A stretch of DNA of 64,000 bases from Lama guanicoe (Eukaryota). Positions 1-13,600 of the stretch are shown piece after piece; within the stretch, counting starts at the first letter, position 1; every line of letters starts with the position of its first letter. The notes under the pieces are model-generated. The model had not been told where the DNA came from and did no database searches. It worked only from the letters and a program-made list of their open reading frames with translations. The translations under genes were made by a program, and so were the position numbers. The stretch spans positions 434,001-498,000 of the forward strand of contig MU056029.1 in assembly GCA_013239625.1 (NCBI GenBank). The letters run 5' to 3'.

Positions 1-59
1 AACAGATGATAAAGGCAGAGCTAGCCATGTAGAACCTGGTATTGAGAAGTTTGTCAGAG

Positions 60-300
60 TCGGGGGACAACCTTTAAAAATTAATGGGAGACACTGACTA
101 CTATAGCTAAAATAGACAAACAGCAAATTTCTTCTGTACAGCACAGTGAGCCACATTCACTTGTAGCAGCCTATAATGAAAAAGAATATGAGAACAAATA
201 CCTATATATGTGTCTAACTAAAACATTATGCTGTACACGAGAAATTGATACAATACTGTAAACTGACTATACGTCAATAAAAAATAGAAAAAAATTAATA
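60..300 (+). mobile_element. L1 3' UTR fragment
   Basis: tgtacagcacag...tgtaaactgactatacgtcaataaaaa 3'-end motif with an A-rich tail, shared with other L1 ends in the window. Confidence 0.75.
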
Positions 301-1005
301 GGAAAATGCACAAACACCTGCACTGTTTATAAAATAGGTTTACCTCCTAACCACAAACCAGCCACTGGGCTTGTGAAGAATATGTATGCAAGAAGGTTCC
401 CTCAAGAAACTAGAACATCCTTTTAAGAAAGAAAGATACTACAATTGAATTTCCCACTGTTTGTTACAATCAGTTTGATTAAACTGAACTCTCTCCACTC
501 CCTCAGCCCTCTACCAAGCTGACATCAAACCACTGGGCCCTCAGAAGTTAAACTGCATAAAACACAAGCAGCTGTGCGCCACTGAAACAAAAACCAAAGC
601 TGAAACAGACAGCGGCTCATTTACCCCAGCTGTTGTGGAGGTTACTAATCAGTGGAGATGATCAATGCTCAAAAATGATTAACACAGCCTCAAATTCCAA
701 ACCGGGAGAAATCTGTGTCTCCCAGCATTCTAGAGGGGAGACACCTGGGAGGTGACAGGAGAACCAGGACGATGCAGCCACAGACTGGCCACTTGGACAT
801 CGAGGCCTCTCTTCTCGTTTCACAGCTGCACTGCTTTCTCGTCACGTAAAGGAGGGACCGTGGCTCTCCAACCGTTTTGAACACTTTGAACACAGAAACT
901 ACAGAATCAATGGAGGGCACAGGCGTGTCAAGGTCCCAAACCAGTGGTCCACAGTAACTCTGCCCTCAGAGTTCAAAAAAAGAGACTTATAAAAAGACAT
1001 TTATA

Positions 1006-1743
1006 CTCCTAGTGGAAAACATAGGCAGAACACTCTTGGACATAAATCACAGCAATATTTTTTTTTTCAAACCAGCTTCTGGAATAATGGAAATAAAAGC
1101 AAAAATAAACAAACGGGGCCTAACTAAACTTCAAAGCTTTTGCACAGCTAAGGATATCATCAACAAAATGAAAAGACAACCTACAGAATGGGAGAAAATA
1201 TTTGCAAATAGTGCGACCGACAAGGGACTAATTTACAAAATATACAAACAGCTCATACAGCTTAATATCAAAACAAAAAAGTAACCCAAACAAAAATTGG
1301 GCAGAACACCTAAATACTAAATAGACATCTCTCCAAAGTAGACATTCAGATGGCCAACAAGACATGAAAAGATGCCCAAGATCATTAATTGTTAGAGAAA
1401 TGAAAATCAAAACTACAATGACATTATCACCTCACATCAGTCAGAATGGCCATCATTATAAAGTCTACAAATAAATGCTGGAGAGGGTGTGGAGAAAAGG
1501 GAACCCTCCTACACTGTTGGTGAGAATGTATATTGGGACAGACAGTATGACGGTTCCTTAAAAAAATAAAAATGAACCTACCATATGATCCAGCAATCCC
1601 CTTCCTGGGTATATATCTGGAGGAAAATACAATTCGAAAAGACACATGCACCCCAATGTTCACAGCAGCACTATTTACAATAGCCAAGACATGGAAGCAA
1701 CCTAAATGTCCATGGATAGCTGACTGGATAAAGCAGATGTAGT

Positions 1744-1782
<39 letters not shown>

Positions 1783-2219
1783 TGGACTACTACTCAGCCA
1801 TAAAAAAGAATAAAATAATACCATGTGCAGCAACATGGATGGACCTGGAGATCATCTTTCTAAGTAAGCCAGAAAGAGAAAGAAAAATACCATATGACAT
1901 CACTTACATGTGGACTCTAAAAACAAGACACAAATGAACTTATTTATAAAACAGAAACAGACTCACAGACATAGAGAACAGATTTACGGTTACCAGGGGT
2001 AAAGGGGGTGGGAAGGGATAAATTGGGAGTTTGAGATTTGCAGATACTAACTACTATATATAAAATAGATAAACAAGTTTCTATACTCAGTATCTTATAG
2101 TAAAAAGAATATGAAAACTAATACATCTATGTATATGTATGACTGAAATATGCTCTACACCAGACATGGACACAACATTGTAAACTGACTATACTTCAAT
2201 TAAAAAATAATGCAAAAAA
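1006..2219 (+). mobile_element. 5'-truncated L1 (ORF2 C-terminus, 3' UTR, poly-A) with a 15-bp TSD
   Basis: ORF2-like peptide KLQSFCTAKDIINKMKRQPTEWEKIFAN. TSD aaaaagacatttata at 991-1005 and 2220-2234. Confidence 0.93.
1746..1780. repeat. (CA)n microsatellite inside the L1
   Basis: About 17 uninterrupted CA units. Confidence 0.95.
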
Positions 2220-4256
2220 AAAAAGACATTTATAAAAATCTCCTTGTCTGCTCTGCTGTGAAACTCAGCTAGCACCGAAGTGCATGGGAACAAGGGCCAT
2301 CTCAAGGGCGATGCTGGCTTCTGCAGCATCCCAGGGTGTCTGGGTACCTGTATCTGCACAGCAGAGCACCGCTGGGAGGACATACCCTCCTCATGGCCGC
2401 TGGCTCCCCTCAGCCCCTCCCACCAGCTCCTCTCACTTCCCAGGAGCAGCCAGGCAGAAAGAATACAGAAAACGAAATGCATCAACTTTGTTATCTACTA
2501 GCCGCTGTTTTTCACACTGCAGAATCTTACAGGGCAAAGAACCTCGGAGCTCTCCCACTCAACACACCAGGCCACCTCTCCTGGCTAATTACAGGACACC
2601 AGCTGAAACCAAGCTCAGGAATGAATTCTGCAAACACACTTTATTAATCTTACTGTAATGACTAGATTTTCTGTGAGACGTGGCTTCTCCCAAGAAAATG
2701 ATATGACACTGGAAATGCTGAAACCAAAGGCTGATTTTATTTATCAGCCATTTCAGAGTAAATGGTGCCTTTACCAAGCAATGAGCTTCCCTGCTTAGGA
2801 TGATACATTTTACTTTAAAAAGCACATGCTACCTTGTCCTTGAAATTGGAGGGTCATGTTTAGTTCCAACTCTTGCAAATAACAAGGAGATTTTACTTTT
2901 CCTATTCTAGGCTGATAATCTGAGGGTTATTCTGACAATTGTGTCTTACAGAAAGAGTTTTAAGAAAAAGAGGAAAACTATTTAAATCTTTTTTTAACCA
3001 GAAATTTCCATCACAGGGAATCCAGAATGCCCATAATAAATAACTTACAAGAAAACCTGAAATAGTTCTAAAAGCGAGATATACCGGTTCCTTTATTGTC
3101 AATAACATTTAAAATTTAGAATTTAAAATGTATGAAGTTGGGAAACAGAATTTGCAGAGCAATAAAACTTAATGATAAATAAAATGACTGATCTTACATT
3201 GCTTTTCTGATTTTGCTTTTAAAACAAAAGTGGAAAAATATATATAAAGAAAAAAGAACTCAAAGTTTTTCCTTTCTGACTGTGCCCAAAGAATAAAACT
3301 GGTTTTATGTAAGCAAAAATTCAGATTTCCGTTAAAGACAGGCATACTAAAACATCTATGAAATACAGAATTCTGTGCCAGTTTTTTTAAAGTATACATT
3401 TGTTTCATATTTTCAAAAATATTGCCATGCTCTTCATCTATTTGATCGATAATCAATCATCAACCATGCAACCTTAGGGATCATTTTAAATTGCTAATTT
3501 ATTTTTATGCAAACAATATATAAAAGTAAAATTATTTGTTCATTATGCAATATACTTAAAGCTAACTGAAACAAAAAAAGTTTTTAATGTGTAAAAATAT
3601 AGGACAATATATGAGAAATTTTTTAAAAGACAATAAATTAATATTAAATTTTTTGTAAACTGACTATACTTCAATAAAAAATGGAAAAAATATTAAATAT
3701 TTTAAACAAAAGACATCAAAGGAATAGATCATACTATAGAGATAAAAATGTATAGGTGAATATAAGGAAGCTAGAACTGTCATGATATGATAATAATCAG
3801 AAACTTGACTAAAATAGCCAGATACAACCAGACAACGTACTTCTAAGCGGGCAATCACCAGCTGAAAAATCTGGGGGGCGGAGCTTGTCCAAGGAAGGCA
3901 GTCCATTCACAATAGCACAAAAATTACAAATGTAAAGAAATAAATTTAAAAGTTAATGTGCAGAATCTATATGACGGAAATGACAGTGCTCTTCTGAATA
4001 ACTTCAAAGGAAAACTTACCTAACAGGAGGACCCACCACCAGGGCCCAACGTGGACACCCTCTACAATGCACTGATGGTGATTCTGCTTCTATCGGCCCA
4101 AAACTCCAGAGAGTTTTTTTGTTGTTGGTGAGACAGTGGCTTGAAAACATTTCTAACATTTACATGGAAAAATAAATGGGTGAAAATACTTAAGAAAACA
4201 ACTTACTTGGAGTAATTTTTCACCACCACAGGTTAAAATGTTCATAAATGTGAGAA

Positions 4257-4366
4257 GGGAGGGGACAGCTCAATGGTAGAGCACCTGCTTAGCAGGCATG
4301 ACGTCCCAGGTTTAATCCCCAGCAACTCCATTAAAAATAAATAAACCTCATTACCTCCCCCCTAAA
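4257..4366 (+). mobile_element. tRNA-derived SINE (Vic-1-like)
   Basis: A box agctcaatggtagagc, degenerate B box, tail aataaacctcattacctcccccc. TSD gttc(a/t)taaatgt. Confidence 0.88.
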
Positions 4367-4744
4367 CAGTTCTTAAATGTTTATGTATTTTTTTAATGTG
4401 CAATGTAGTATGCAGCGTAAGATCAATTGAGTAAGAAAACAAACAAACAAAAACACTTGAATACAATAAAAGTAGGATTTTAAATTTATCATATGAAAAG
4501 GAAAAAATTTTTCTTTTACCCTTACAAAATAGCACTGTAAAACAGTTAAGAGAAACTGAAACATAAAATCACAAGGAAAACAAAAATGAATATAAGGTAC
4601 TATTTGCATGATGATATTCCAGGGTTTGGAAGAACTCATAAATTAAAAGGTATGAAAAAAACCCTACAGGTTGAGAGATACGACTATATAAAAGTTTTGA
4701 ACTTTTATGAGTCAAAAAACACTAAACAAAAATTGAAAGATTGA

Positions 4745-6910
4745 AATATATATATATATATACACACACACACATATATATTCCTTTTCATGTTCTTTTT
4801 CATTACAAGCCATCACCAGGTATTGAGCTCCCTGCGCTATACAGTAGGTCCTTGTTGTTTATCTATTTTATATATAGTAGTATGTATATGTTAATCCCAA
4901 ACTCATAATTTATCCTTCCCCCCAACTTTCCCCTTTGGTAACCATAAGGTTGTTTTCTGTATTCATGAGACTTGTTTCTGTTTCGTAAATAAGTTTACTT
5001 GTACCATTTTTAAAAATTTTACATATAAGTGGTATCTTACGATATTTGTCTCTGACTTACTTCACTTAGTATGACGATCTCTGAAGTCCACCCATGTTGC
5101 TGCAAACAGCATTATTTTATTCTTTTAATGGATGAGTGTTATTCCATGTTTTATATATACACACATACACACACTCCACATCTTCTTATTCATTCATCTG
5201 TTGATAGAAATTTAGGTTGCTTCCATATCCTGGCTATTATAAATAGTACTTCTATGAACATGTATCTTTTCAAATTAGAGTTTTTGTCTTTTCCATGTAT
5301 ATGCCCACGAGAAGAACTGCTGGATCATATGGTAAGTCTATTTTTAGTTTTTTGAGGGCTCTCCATACTGTCCTCCGTAACGGCTACAACAGTGTACGTT
5401 GCCACCAGCAGTGTAGGAGGGTTTCCCTTTTCTCCACACCCTCTCCAGCATTTATTTGTGGACTTTTTAATGATGACCATTCCGACTGGTGTGAGGTGAC
5501 ACCTCATTGTAGTTTTGACTTGCATTTCTCTAATAATTAGCAACACCGAGCATCTTTTCATGTACCTGTTGGCCATCTGGATGTCTTCTTTGGAGAAATG
5601 TCTATTTAGGTGTTCTGTCCACTTTCTGATTGGGTTGTTTGTTTTGTTGATATTGAGCTGTATAAGCTGGTTGAATATTTTGGAAATTAACCCCTTTTTG
5701 GTCACATCATTTGCAAATATCTTCTCCCCTTTTGTAGGCTGTCTTTTTGTTTTGTTCACGGTTTACTTTGCTGTCCAAAAGCTTGTAAGTTTACTTAGGT
5801 TTGCTTTGGGAGACTGACCTAAGAAAACACTGCTACAGTGTATGTCAGGGAATATTCTGCCTGTGTTCTCTTTTAGGAGTTTCATGGTGTCATGTCTTAA
5901 TATGTTAAGTCCTTAAGCCATTTTGAGTTTATTTTTAACAAAATAAATTAAGTGTGAGGGTTTTAACTTAACTGATTTACATGAAGAGACTGTCTTTTCT
6001 CCATTGTATATTCTTGCCTACTTTGTCAAAGATTCATTGACCATAGATACGCGGGTTTATTTCTGGGCTCTCTATTCCGTTCCATTGATCCATGTCTGTT
6101 TTTGTGCCAACATCATGCTGTTTTGATTACTGTAGCTCTGAAGTATTACTGTCTGAGGTCTGGGAGGATTATTCCTCCAGCTTCGTTCTTTTTCCTCAGG
6201 ATTCTTTGGCAATTCTGAGTCTTTAATGGATTTATTTGTTCTAGTTCTGTGAAAAATGTGAAAAATGTGATAGGGATCACATTAAATCCACAGACTGCTT
6301 TGGGTAATATGGCAACTGTAACAATATTAATTCCTCCAATCCAAGAGTATGACATGTCATTCCATTTCTTTGAATCGTCTTCACTTTCCTTTGTTAGTAG
6401 TTTATAGCTCCCAGCATGTAAATCTTTCACCTCCTTGGTCAGGTTTATTCCAAGGTATTTTTTTAATGTAATTTTAAAAAGGGATTTTTTAAAATTTTCT
6501 CTTTCTGATATTTCATTGTTAATGAAAGAAATGCAACAGATTTCTGTATGTTAATCTTGTATCCTCCTACTTCACTGAATTTATCAGTTCTAATAATTTT
6601 TGTGTGGTCTTCAGGGTTTTCTATATAAATATCATGTCATCTGCATAGAATGACAGTTTTACCTCTTCCTTTCCAGTTTGGATCCCTTTTATTTCTTTTT
6701 CTTGTGTGAGTGCTGTGGCTAGTACTTCCAATACCATGTTGAATAGAAGTGGTGAGAGTGGGCATCCTGATCTCGTTCCAGAATTTAGCGGGAAGGCTCT
6801 CAGGTTTTCATCACTGAGTACAATGTTGGCTGTGAGTTTGTCATAAACAACTCTTACTACGTTGAGATGTATTCCCTTTATACTCATTCTAGTGAGAGTT
6901 TTTTAATCAT
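4745..6910 (-). mobile_element. L1 fragment (ORF2 RT to C-terminus, plus 3' UTR)
   Basis: Frameshifted ORF2 peptides [22 protein letters not shown]...YADDM, ILPKAVCGFNVIPI and [18 protein letters not shown]. Confidence 0.95.
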
Positions 6911-7864
6911 CAAAACACATACATATGTGGACATTAAACAATATACTCTTGAATAACTAATACATCCAAGAGGAAGTCATAAGAGAAACTAGAAAATACT
7001 TTTGAGATAAATGCAAACGAATACACAACACACCAAAACTTACAGAATGTGGCTAAAAGAGAGCTTAAAACAGAGAAATTTAACATCATATATTAAATAT
7101 CATTTGTACCATTTTTTCCCTCAATTATAACTACTCCCATGTAATTAAAAGTATTTTTAAATATACTTTAACAAATACACAATATTGCAGGAAATGAACA
7201 TACCATGATATCTAACTATCATACCAATTCAGCAGCATTTAAGTTGTGTTCTGTTTGTGCTGTTGTAAAAACTGACCACGTTTGGACACTTTAACTTGTG
7301 ACTACATTAAATATTATTTTCTCAGGATAGATTTATAGAAATGGAATATCCACTCAGAAGGCAGGTGTTTCCATGGCTGGTGGTACCTGGCAGCCTCATG
7401 TTCACTGTACGAAGCTGCGTCCCGCATCATGCACACACTGGAAAGGTGTGGGGGGAGGACTGGTGGTGGATGTCCTGACTCTGCTGTGCTTGCGAGAAAC
7501 AACACTGGCAGGGGAGGGGAGGCCCGCTGCACTCCCTCCTTCCCACCTTTCTTTCAACAACACGAGTATGTCAAGAGTCCACTTTTATAAAGGAATTATT
7601 ACAAAGCTTGGTCACACCTGTCTGAGGCGAGGCTAAGGGGGTCAGTTCAGGCGACTTCATGGCAGATAGTATGTCGCCAAGGAGGAGGACAAGCCCTGAC
7701 AGCACGTGAGGAACGATGCTGTAGGGACTGTGCATCCACCTAACCTGAAGTTACACAGAGGGGGAAGTGTCAGCTCCATTTTAAAGGTGAGTGAACACGG
7801 GGCACTCGGTAAAAAAAAGCCTTAAACAAGTGAGGCAGTGATTATTGAGCACTTCGATGTTATT

Positions 7865-8009
7865 TGTTATTTGTTTTTTGTTTAATTTTTAGGGGGGAGG
7901 TAATTAGGTTTATTTATTTTTTCATTTATTTTAATGGAGGCACCTAGGATTTAACCCAGGACCTCGTGCATGCTAAGCACGCACTCTACCACTGAGTTAT
8001 ACCTTCCCC
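7865..8009 (-). mobile_element. Vic-1-like SINE
   Basis: Reverse complement of GGGGAAGGTATAACTCAGTGGTAGAGTGCGTGCTTAGCATGCACGAGGTCCTGGG...ACCTAATTACCTCCCCCC. Confidence 0.92.
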
Positions 8010-8532
8010 ATTGTTATTTGTTCTTCAAAATGTACATTAGTGTGTAAACCTTGAGCATGTTTAGGAAGCAAACGTGCTCCCCTCCAGGGGCCAGGTGTGC
8101 AGCCAACCTCCTGCCTCCATGGAGTTCACACTCTGATTGCGGCGGGGGTGGGGGTGCATTCCAAAACAACCATAGGCTCATACAGGTAGCAGGTGAACCA
8201 CAGGGAGTGCTGTCAGGATCAACGGAGCAGGGTGCAGGGAAGGGCTCCCGGAGGACGTGACACTGGAACCTGGATGTGTGTGATGTGGGACCAGCTAGGG
8301 AGCACGGGGAAGGTTCCAGAAAGGGCAGCCACCTTGGGCCCTGAAGGAGGCACAGCCCAGAGACAAACTGGGGTATGCAGTGGAATTGGGGAGGGGGCAG
8401 TGCCAAGGACATGAGGGAGGAGGGCAGCAGCCAGCCACGTACAGGACCAGGGAGGCCCAGGAAAGGGGTCTTCCAGGTGGGTGGGGAGGCAAGGAGGATT
8501 CTGAGCAGAAGCCTCCGTGATCTGCTTTAGGG

Positions 8533-8710
8533 TTTGTTTGTTTTTTTTTTAATTTTTTTGTTGTTTTTTGTTGTTTTGGGGTTTGGGGGGATAATTAGGT
8601 TTTTATTTATTTATCGATTTATTTATTTTTTTAATGGAGGTACTGGGGATTGAAACCAGGACCCCGTGCATGCTAAGTGGGCGCTCTACCACTGAGCTAG
8701 ACCCTCCCCC
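8533..8710 (-). mobile_element. Vic-1-like SINE
   Basis: Same consensus, long T-rich tail, TSD tgctttagg. Confidence 0.92.
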
Positions 8711-10269
8711 TGCTTTAGGTTTTAAGGCATCGCTCTGACTACTGGGTAAAGGGTACCCGATGTGCACTGGGGGCAGGGGCAGAGGCAGGAACTGGAAAAA
8801 GTAGAGGCTGGGGGGCCAGCTGGGGGACCAGTGGGGATGGAGGGGTGACGAGGGAGGGCCGCTGCGAGGCCCCATGGGGAAACCATCTGGAGCTGGGATC
8901 CATCTATGAAGGGATGGGGGCATGAGAACGGCCGCCCCACTGCCCGAACACAAGCACACCTAGGGCTTAACCGCAGGAGATACCGTGCCAGCGGGTGGTG
9001 CCTGGCCCCACGCCCCATCCTCCCCGTCCCCTCCCTCAGCAGAAGCCCCCAAGTGCTGCACCTCTGCTCCACGACAGGGCCTCATTCTGTGGGACTCCCC
9101 CCGCCCCTGTCACTGTGGGTTTGGGGGTCCTTGATCCAGAACTTTAAGTCTATGATTTACCCACACCCAGGAAGGCATGACGTTAGGAGCGTCTTTTTGT
9201 TTTAATTATGAGATCCTTTCTAAAAACCAACTTTAGGAAGCTTGTCACCTAGTGTGACCTTCAATGTCTAACAACTCATGGAAATCAACACCTCAAATCC
9301 AAGGAATTCACTTCCTCAGAGGCACAAAAGCTACCGGTCAAACTAAGGTGGTCTGAGAGGAGGCGTCCACCCTCCTCCGGCTTCACAGCTTCGCCCCGTG
9401 CAGACTCCCCCGGTCGGGCCGCCCACCCACATCACCCGGAGCCAAAACTGGATTTGGGGCTCAAGAAGAAGCCACTGGGAACCGCCCCCGCCCCAGGAAG
9501 CTCGGCTCATCCCGAAGCTGTGTGTGGCCGGGGCCCCCCAGACCCGCCCAGACAAGCCACTCGTGCCGCAGCTGCACGCCGTCGGGCGGTGCGTGTTAAC
9601 TGCAGCGGTTCTGTGTGTTTTCTGCTCCCGCCAAAAGAGGCCAGGTTTATTCACCCACAGCCCATCTCCTTGATAACACTCTCCTGGGGAGTGCTGTGGG
9701 CCGGCAAGTTCTCACAGGGGAGGGAACCGCACTGGGGAGCGTTCTCTGAAAACACACTGCTAGAGACGGGAAAGCAAAGCTGACCCAGCCAACAGCCTGG
9801 AAATGCTTGGCAATCAGAGTGTCTTCCAGGATTATTTCCAAATACCATATGGATTAATGTGCTGCATTTTCTGAGGTTTTTTTTTTTTTTGGAAGTATAA
9901 TTGATTTCCAATGTTGTGTTAGTTCCTCGTGTACAGCCTGGTGATTCAGTTACACACACGCACATACATACATACTCTTTTTTCACAAGTTCTAACTGAG
10001 CTCTTAGGACAAGCCAGGCGTTGTGCCGGGTGTGGGTGGGCTGGGGACCACGAGCAAGGCTGCCCCTCACTTTCAGAGGCTCCCGTGGGCACCACCTCAC
10101 TGCCCGACCAGGTAAAGACCCAGACGATGCCAGGGATTTCCAAAGAGCCACACCACCTTCGTCTCTGAACAACTCATTACTCACCACCAAAACAGAATCC
10201 TTTACAAATGTAAACAAACCAGCCCTCCGGGCCGAGACCTACAAGTGTCAGTTAAGTGACAGCAGCAAT

Positions 10270-10695
10270 TACACTGTGATGAACAGTGTCCTCAAAGTCA
10301 CATTCACCCAGAACCTCCGAGCGTGACCTTATTTGGAAATAGGGTCTTTGTCAGTTACCACGAGGCCACGATGGATTAAGGTGAGCCCTCATTCATTGAC
10401 TGCCGTCCTTGTAAGTAAAGAAAGCAAACACGCAGAGACACACGGAGAGAAAACGGCCACGGCGAGACGCAGACAAGGCTGCAACCACACAGCTGCACTC
10501 CAAGTAACACGCCAGATGGCCAGCTGCCACCAGCAGCCACAAGACGCACGGACAGATTCTTCCCTCCAGACTTCAGAGGGAGCACGGCTCTGCTGAAAGC
10601 TCGACTGCATGCTCTGGCCCCCAGATCTGTGAGAGAACACGCTGCCGTGGTTCAACACCACCCGCTTTGCGTCCGATTGGAAACCTTCACAGCCA
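10270..10695 (+). mobile_element. MaLR (MLT1-type) solo LTR
   Basis: gtgaccttatttggaaatagggtctttg and gattcttccctccagacttcagagggagcacggctctgctga are MLT1-type motifs. Confidence 0.8.
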
Positions 10696-13600
10696 TGTCA
10701 GAGCTGGGCTCCACCCCCTGCCCAGGCCCCGTTCTGGTGGCAGGGCATAGGCACCACAGGGACAGCAGACACTCAGGGTCCCGCCCGGGAATTCCAAACT
10801 GTCACCTTTACATCCCAGGTCGCTGATCGGCAGATTCCACTTTTTGTTTTCTGATCGTGGGAATTATTGCGAATGGGTTCTGGGTTTGTTTTTTTTCCTG
10901 TGAACGTGTCCTCTGCGTCAGAGTCACTCTACCTACTTTCAGCCACTACATGTAAAGCAGAAAAATAAAACAAAAATGGCAACAACGACCCACCCGTCCT
11001 TGCTGCGGGAAAGGAGATGCAGAGAGCACAGAGCACTCGGGCACGCTGGCCACGCTCCCCACAGACCTCACTCAGTGACATACCCCTGTCGCTACAGAAC
11101 CGAATCCTGGTTCCACATCAGCGGGGGTGAACTGGTGAGAGGCCAGGTCAGGCTGACCCCCTCGTGGGGTCAGTTTTATTTTCTGAAGAGTCATTTGACA
11201 GTAAAGGACTACCACCAAACATTTCTCTTCACTTCGGAGTCAAAATGTAAAAAGAAAAAAAAGAATCCACGCTCCGTGCTCATCCCGCTGGGGCGACATC
11301 CCTCAGCAGGGGCTCCCCGCCTGCAGGGATGCGGGCACTCATTCAGCATCGCAGCTGCCTCCTGGGCTGCGGGAGCCAGTGCAGCGCGAACAGGGTCCCA
11401 GAGTCCGTGGGCTCAAGTGCGTCCCGCCCTCCCCCCTCCCAGCCCCTTCCCGCTTCTCCTTCCCTGCAGTTCTTCACGCTCTTCCTGCTCCACCCTCCCA
11501 GGTGGATCTCTTCATTTCTTCCACTTTCTGCACCCTTTTCTCTTTGCTAATTCTCCTCCCTTTCTAACTTCCCTTCAGAAGGTTGTCTGAACCAACTACC
11601 CCATTAAGTCTGGTGGCAAAAGAAGCATGCTCTGACCGCAGAGGTGGCAGTGCCAACATCCAGGAAAGGAGCAGTGAAGGCCCGTGGTGTGGGCTCAGCT
11701 GCTGGAGACATTTTATTAAACTCGCGTCTACCTGTTCAAACACTAAGACGTCCGCAAGGTCCCGCATTCAACCCCACTTTCTCCAGGGAGTTTTCATGGG
11801 CTGTACAGCCAGGGCGGACCTTCCTCCTTGTCTTCTCAGACAGCCGTTCAATTAATTAGAGCCAACTCTGTGCCAGGAACTGTCCTACATACACTGCAGG
11901 TATGGCTCACGTGAGCTGGTCCCAACAGCAACCCCGGGAAACAGGTACCATCGTCACCCTTGACTCACGGAGGAGTGAGGGCGGACTCGCCTGCAAAGAG
12001 GCACACATCTAGCAAGGCCATCTCTGTGAGCCTCTTACTGGGCTGTAAGCTCCTTAAAGACAAAGGCCAGTGTTTCCCCTTCGCGTCCACAGAGCACCTG
12101 GAACAGGGCTTCATCTGTGGGGGTGATGCTTCTGACCTGACGAACAGAAAGGAAAGGTATAAACCGCAATGCTCGTTAAGCTCTAAGATGTTATGATCTA
12201 ACACAGGTGGGCACCAGACACGGAACGTTCACAAACAGCGAGCTGGGGGGAGATTGCCTGTCTGCCCCCAGTCAACAGAGGTGCTTTTAGCAAACAGGTG
12301 TGGACAGGCGGCAGGTTTGGGGCAAACTGCAGGGGGAACACACGGCAGGCAGACCTGGTTAAAGGGGAGCCGGGCAGGAGGGAAGACGGGCCGGGGAGGG
12401 CTGAACTGGGTGACCACACTGTTGGAGGGCAGAGCCTCGCCGGGGCCCTGCTCTCGGGCAGCGAGGGGTCAAGAGGAGGGAGAGGCGATGGCACCAACGC
12501 TCTGGGGCTGGTGCTCCAGTGTCAGCAAGTGGCACAGCGAACACAGGCGACTGCACCCACCCGAGTCTGACCAGCTGATGGGGATAGGGCGTTAGAATGT
12601 GAACCTCTAACGGGTTCCAAGGTGATGCGATGTGATGTGATGCTGTTGGTCTAGGGATCACACTTTGAAAACCAGTGCTCTAGGGAGCGCTAGCCATGTC
12701 TTGAGCAGAAGTTGCCCCGGGGTGCCTGTGAAACTCCACAGCCAAGCGTAGCCCAGTCAGAACGGGGTGTGCTCAGGTCTCCAGCTGCTTTCCAGAGGAG
12801 AGATGCGGGTCCGGCTGCCGCCAGCCTTCCATATCAGACCTCGTTCTACTCTGTCTGCAGACGAATACACCAACGGGAAGCAAGTGTGTTTTCCAGTGAG
12901 AATCCTGCCAAGAGACCCACCCCGGCAACAGCTGCTAACCAAGGCAGGAAAGGGGTGGGGAGTGGAGAAGGGAACTATTCACCTAGGGAAGCAGACACAC
13001 TCTGATTAAGCCCCGCTCCAGCTGATTCGGATGGGATGCGGTGCCCCCAGGAGGGCCCGCTCCCCCTGCCCTAAGGAGAGTGGACACAGCTCACCTGAAT
13101 CGATGAATGGACAGGACCGTGAGATTCATTGTTGTATTAAAGACTCAGACAGACTGAGATTTTTAACCTCATGTAATGATGAGATTATAACCTCATCTCG
13201 TTAAATACGAAAAGGCCTTCAACTTTTAAAGAAATGGTGGCTAGAGAGAGTAATTATTCTGTCACAGAGTTACCCTGAAGCAGAAATTAATTAAGTGTAA
13301 GAAGTATGTGAAAAGTACTAAGATGTTCCTGGAGGAGGGTGGAGTGGGTAACTAGTTTAAAAAACAAAAAAAGCTGAGGCTACCAAATGCCAGATGGCCA
13401 GGGCATTTACTTCTGGTGGGCGCATATCAGAGAAGCACGGGGGTGTCTTCGGCACTGCATCCGTCCGGGTCTGTGGGAAATGCGTGAGCTGCAGCATCCA
13501 GGGGAAGGCCCTTTTAGGGAGTGTGTACCCTACTGAGGTCCAGTTTTCCTGAGGTTTGGCAGGTTCCCATTCGACCTGAATCCGGCATAACAGAAACTGG

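Noticed and set aside
6913..7090. Plus-strand L1 ORF2 piece abutting the minus-strand L1, a possible twin-priming inversion
   Set aside because: It looks more degraded than the adjacent L1 and I found no enclosing TSD. More likely a separate older element.
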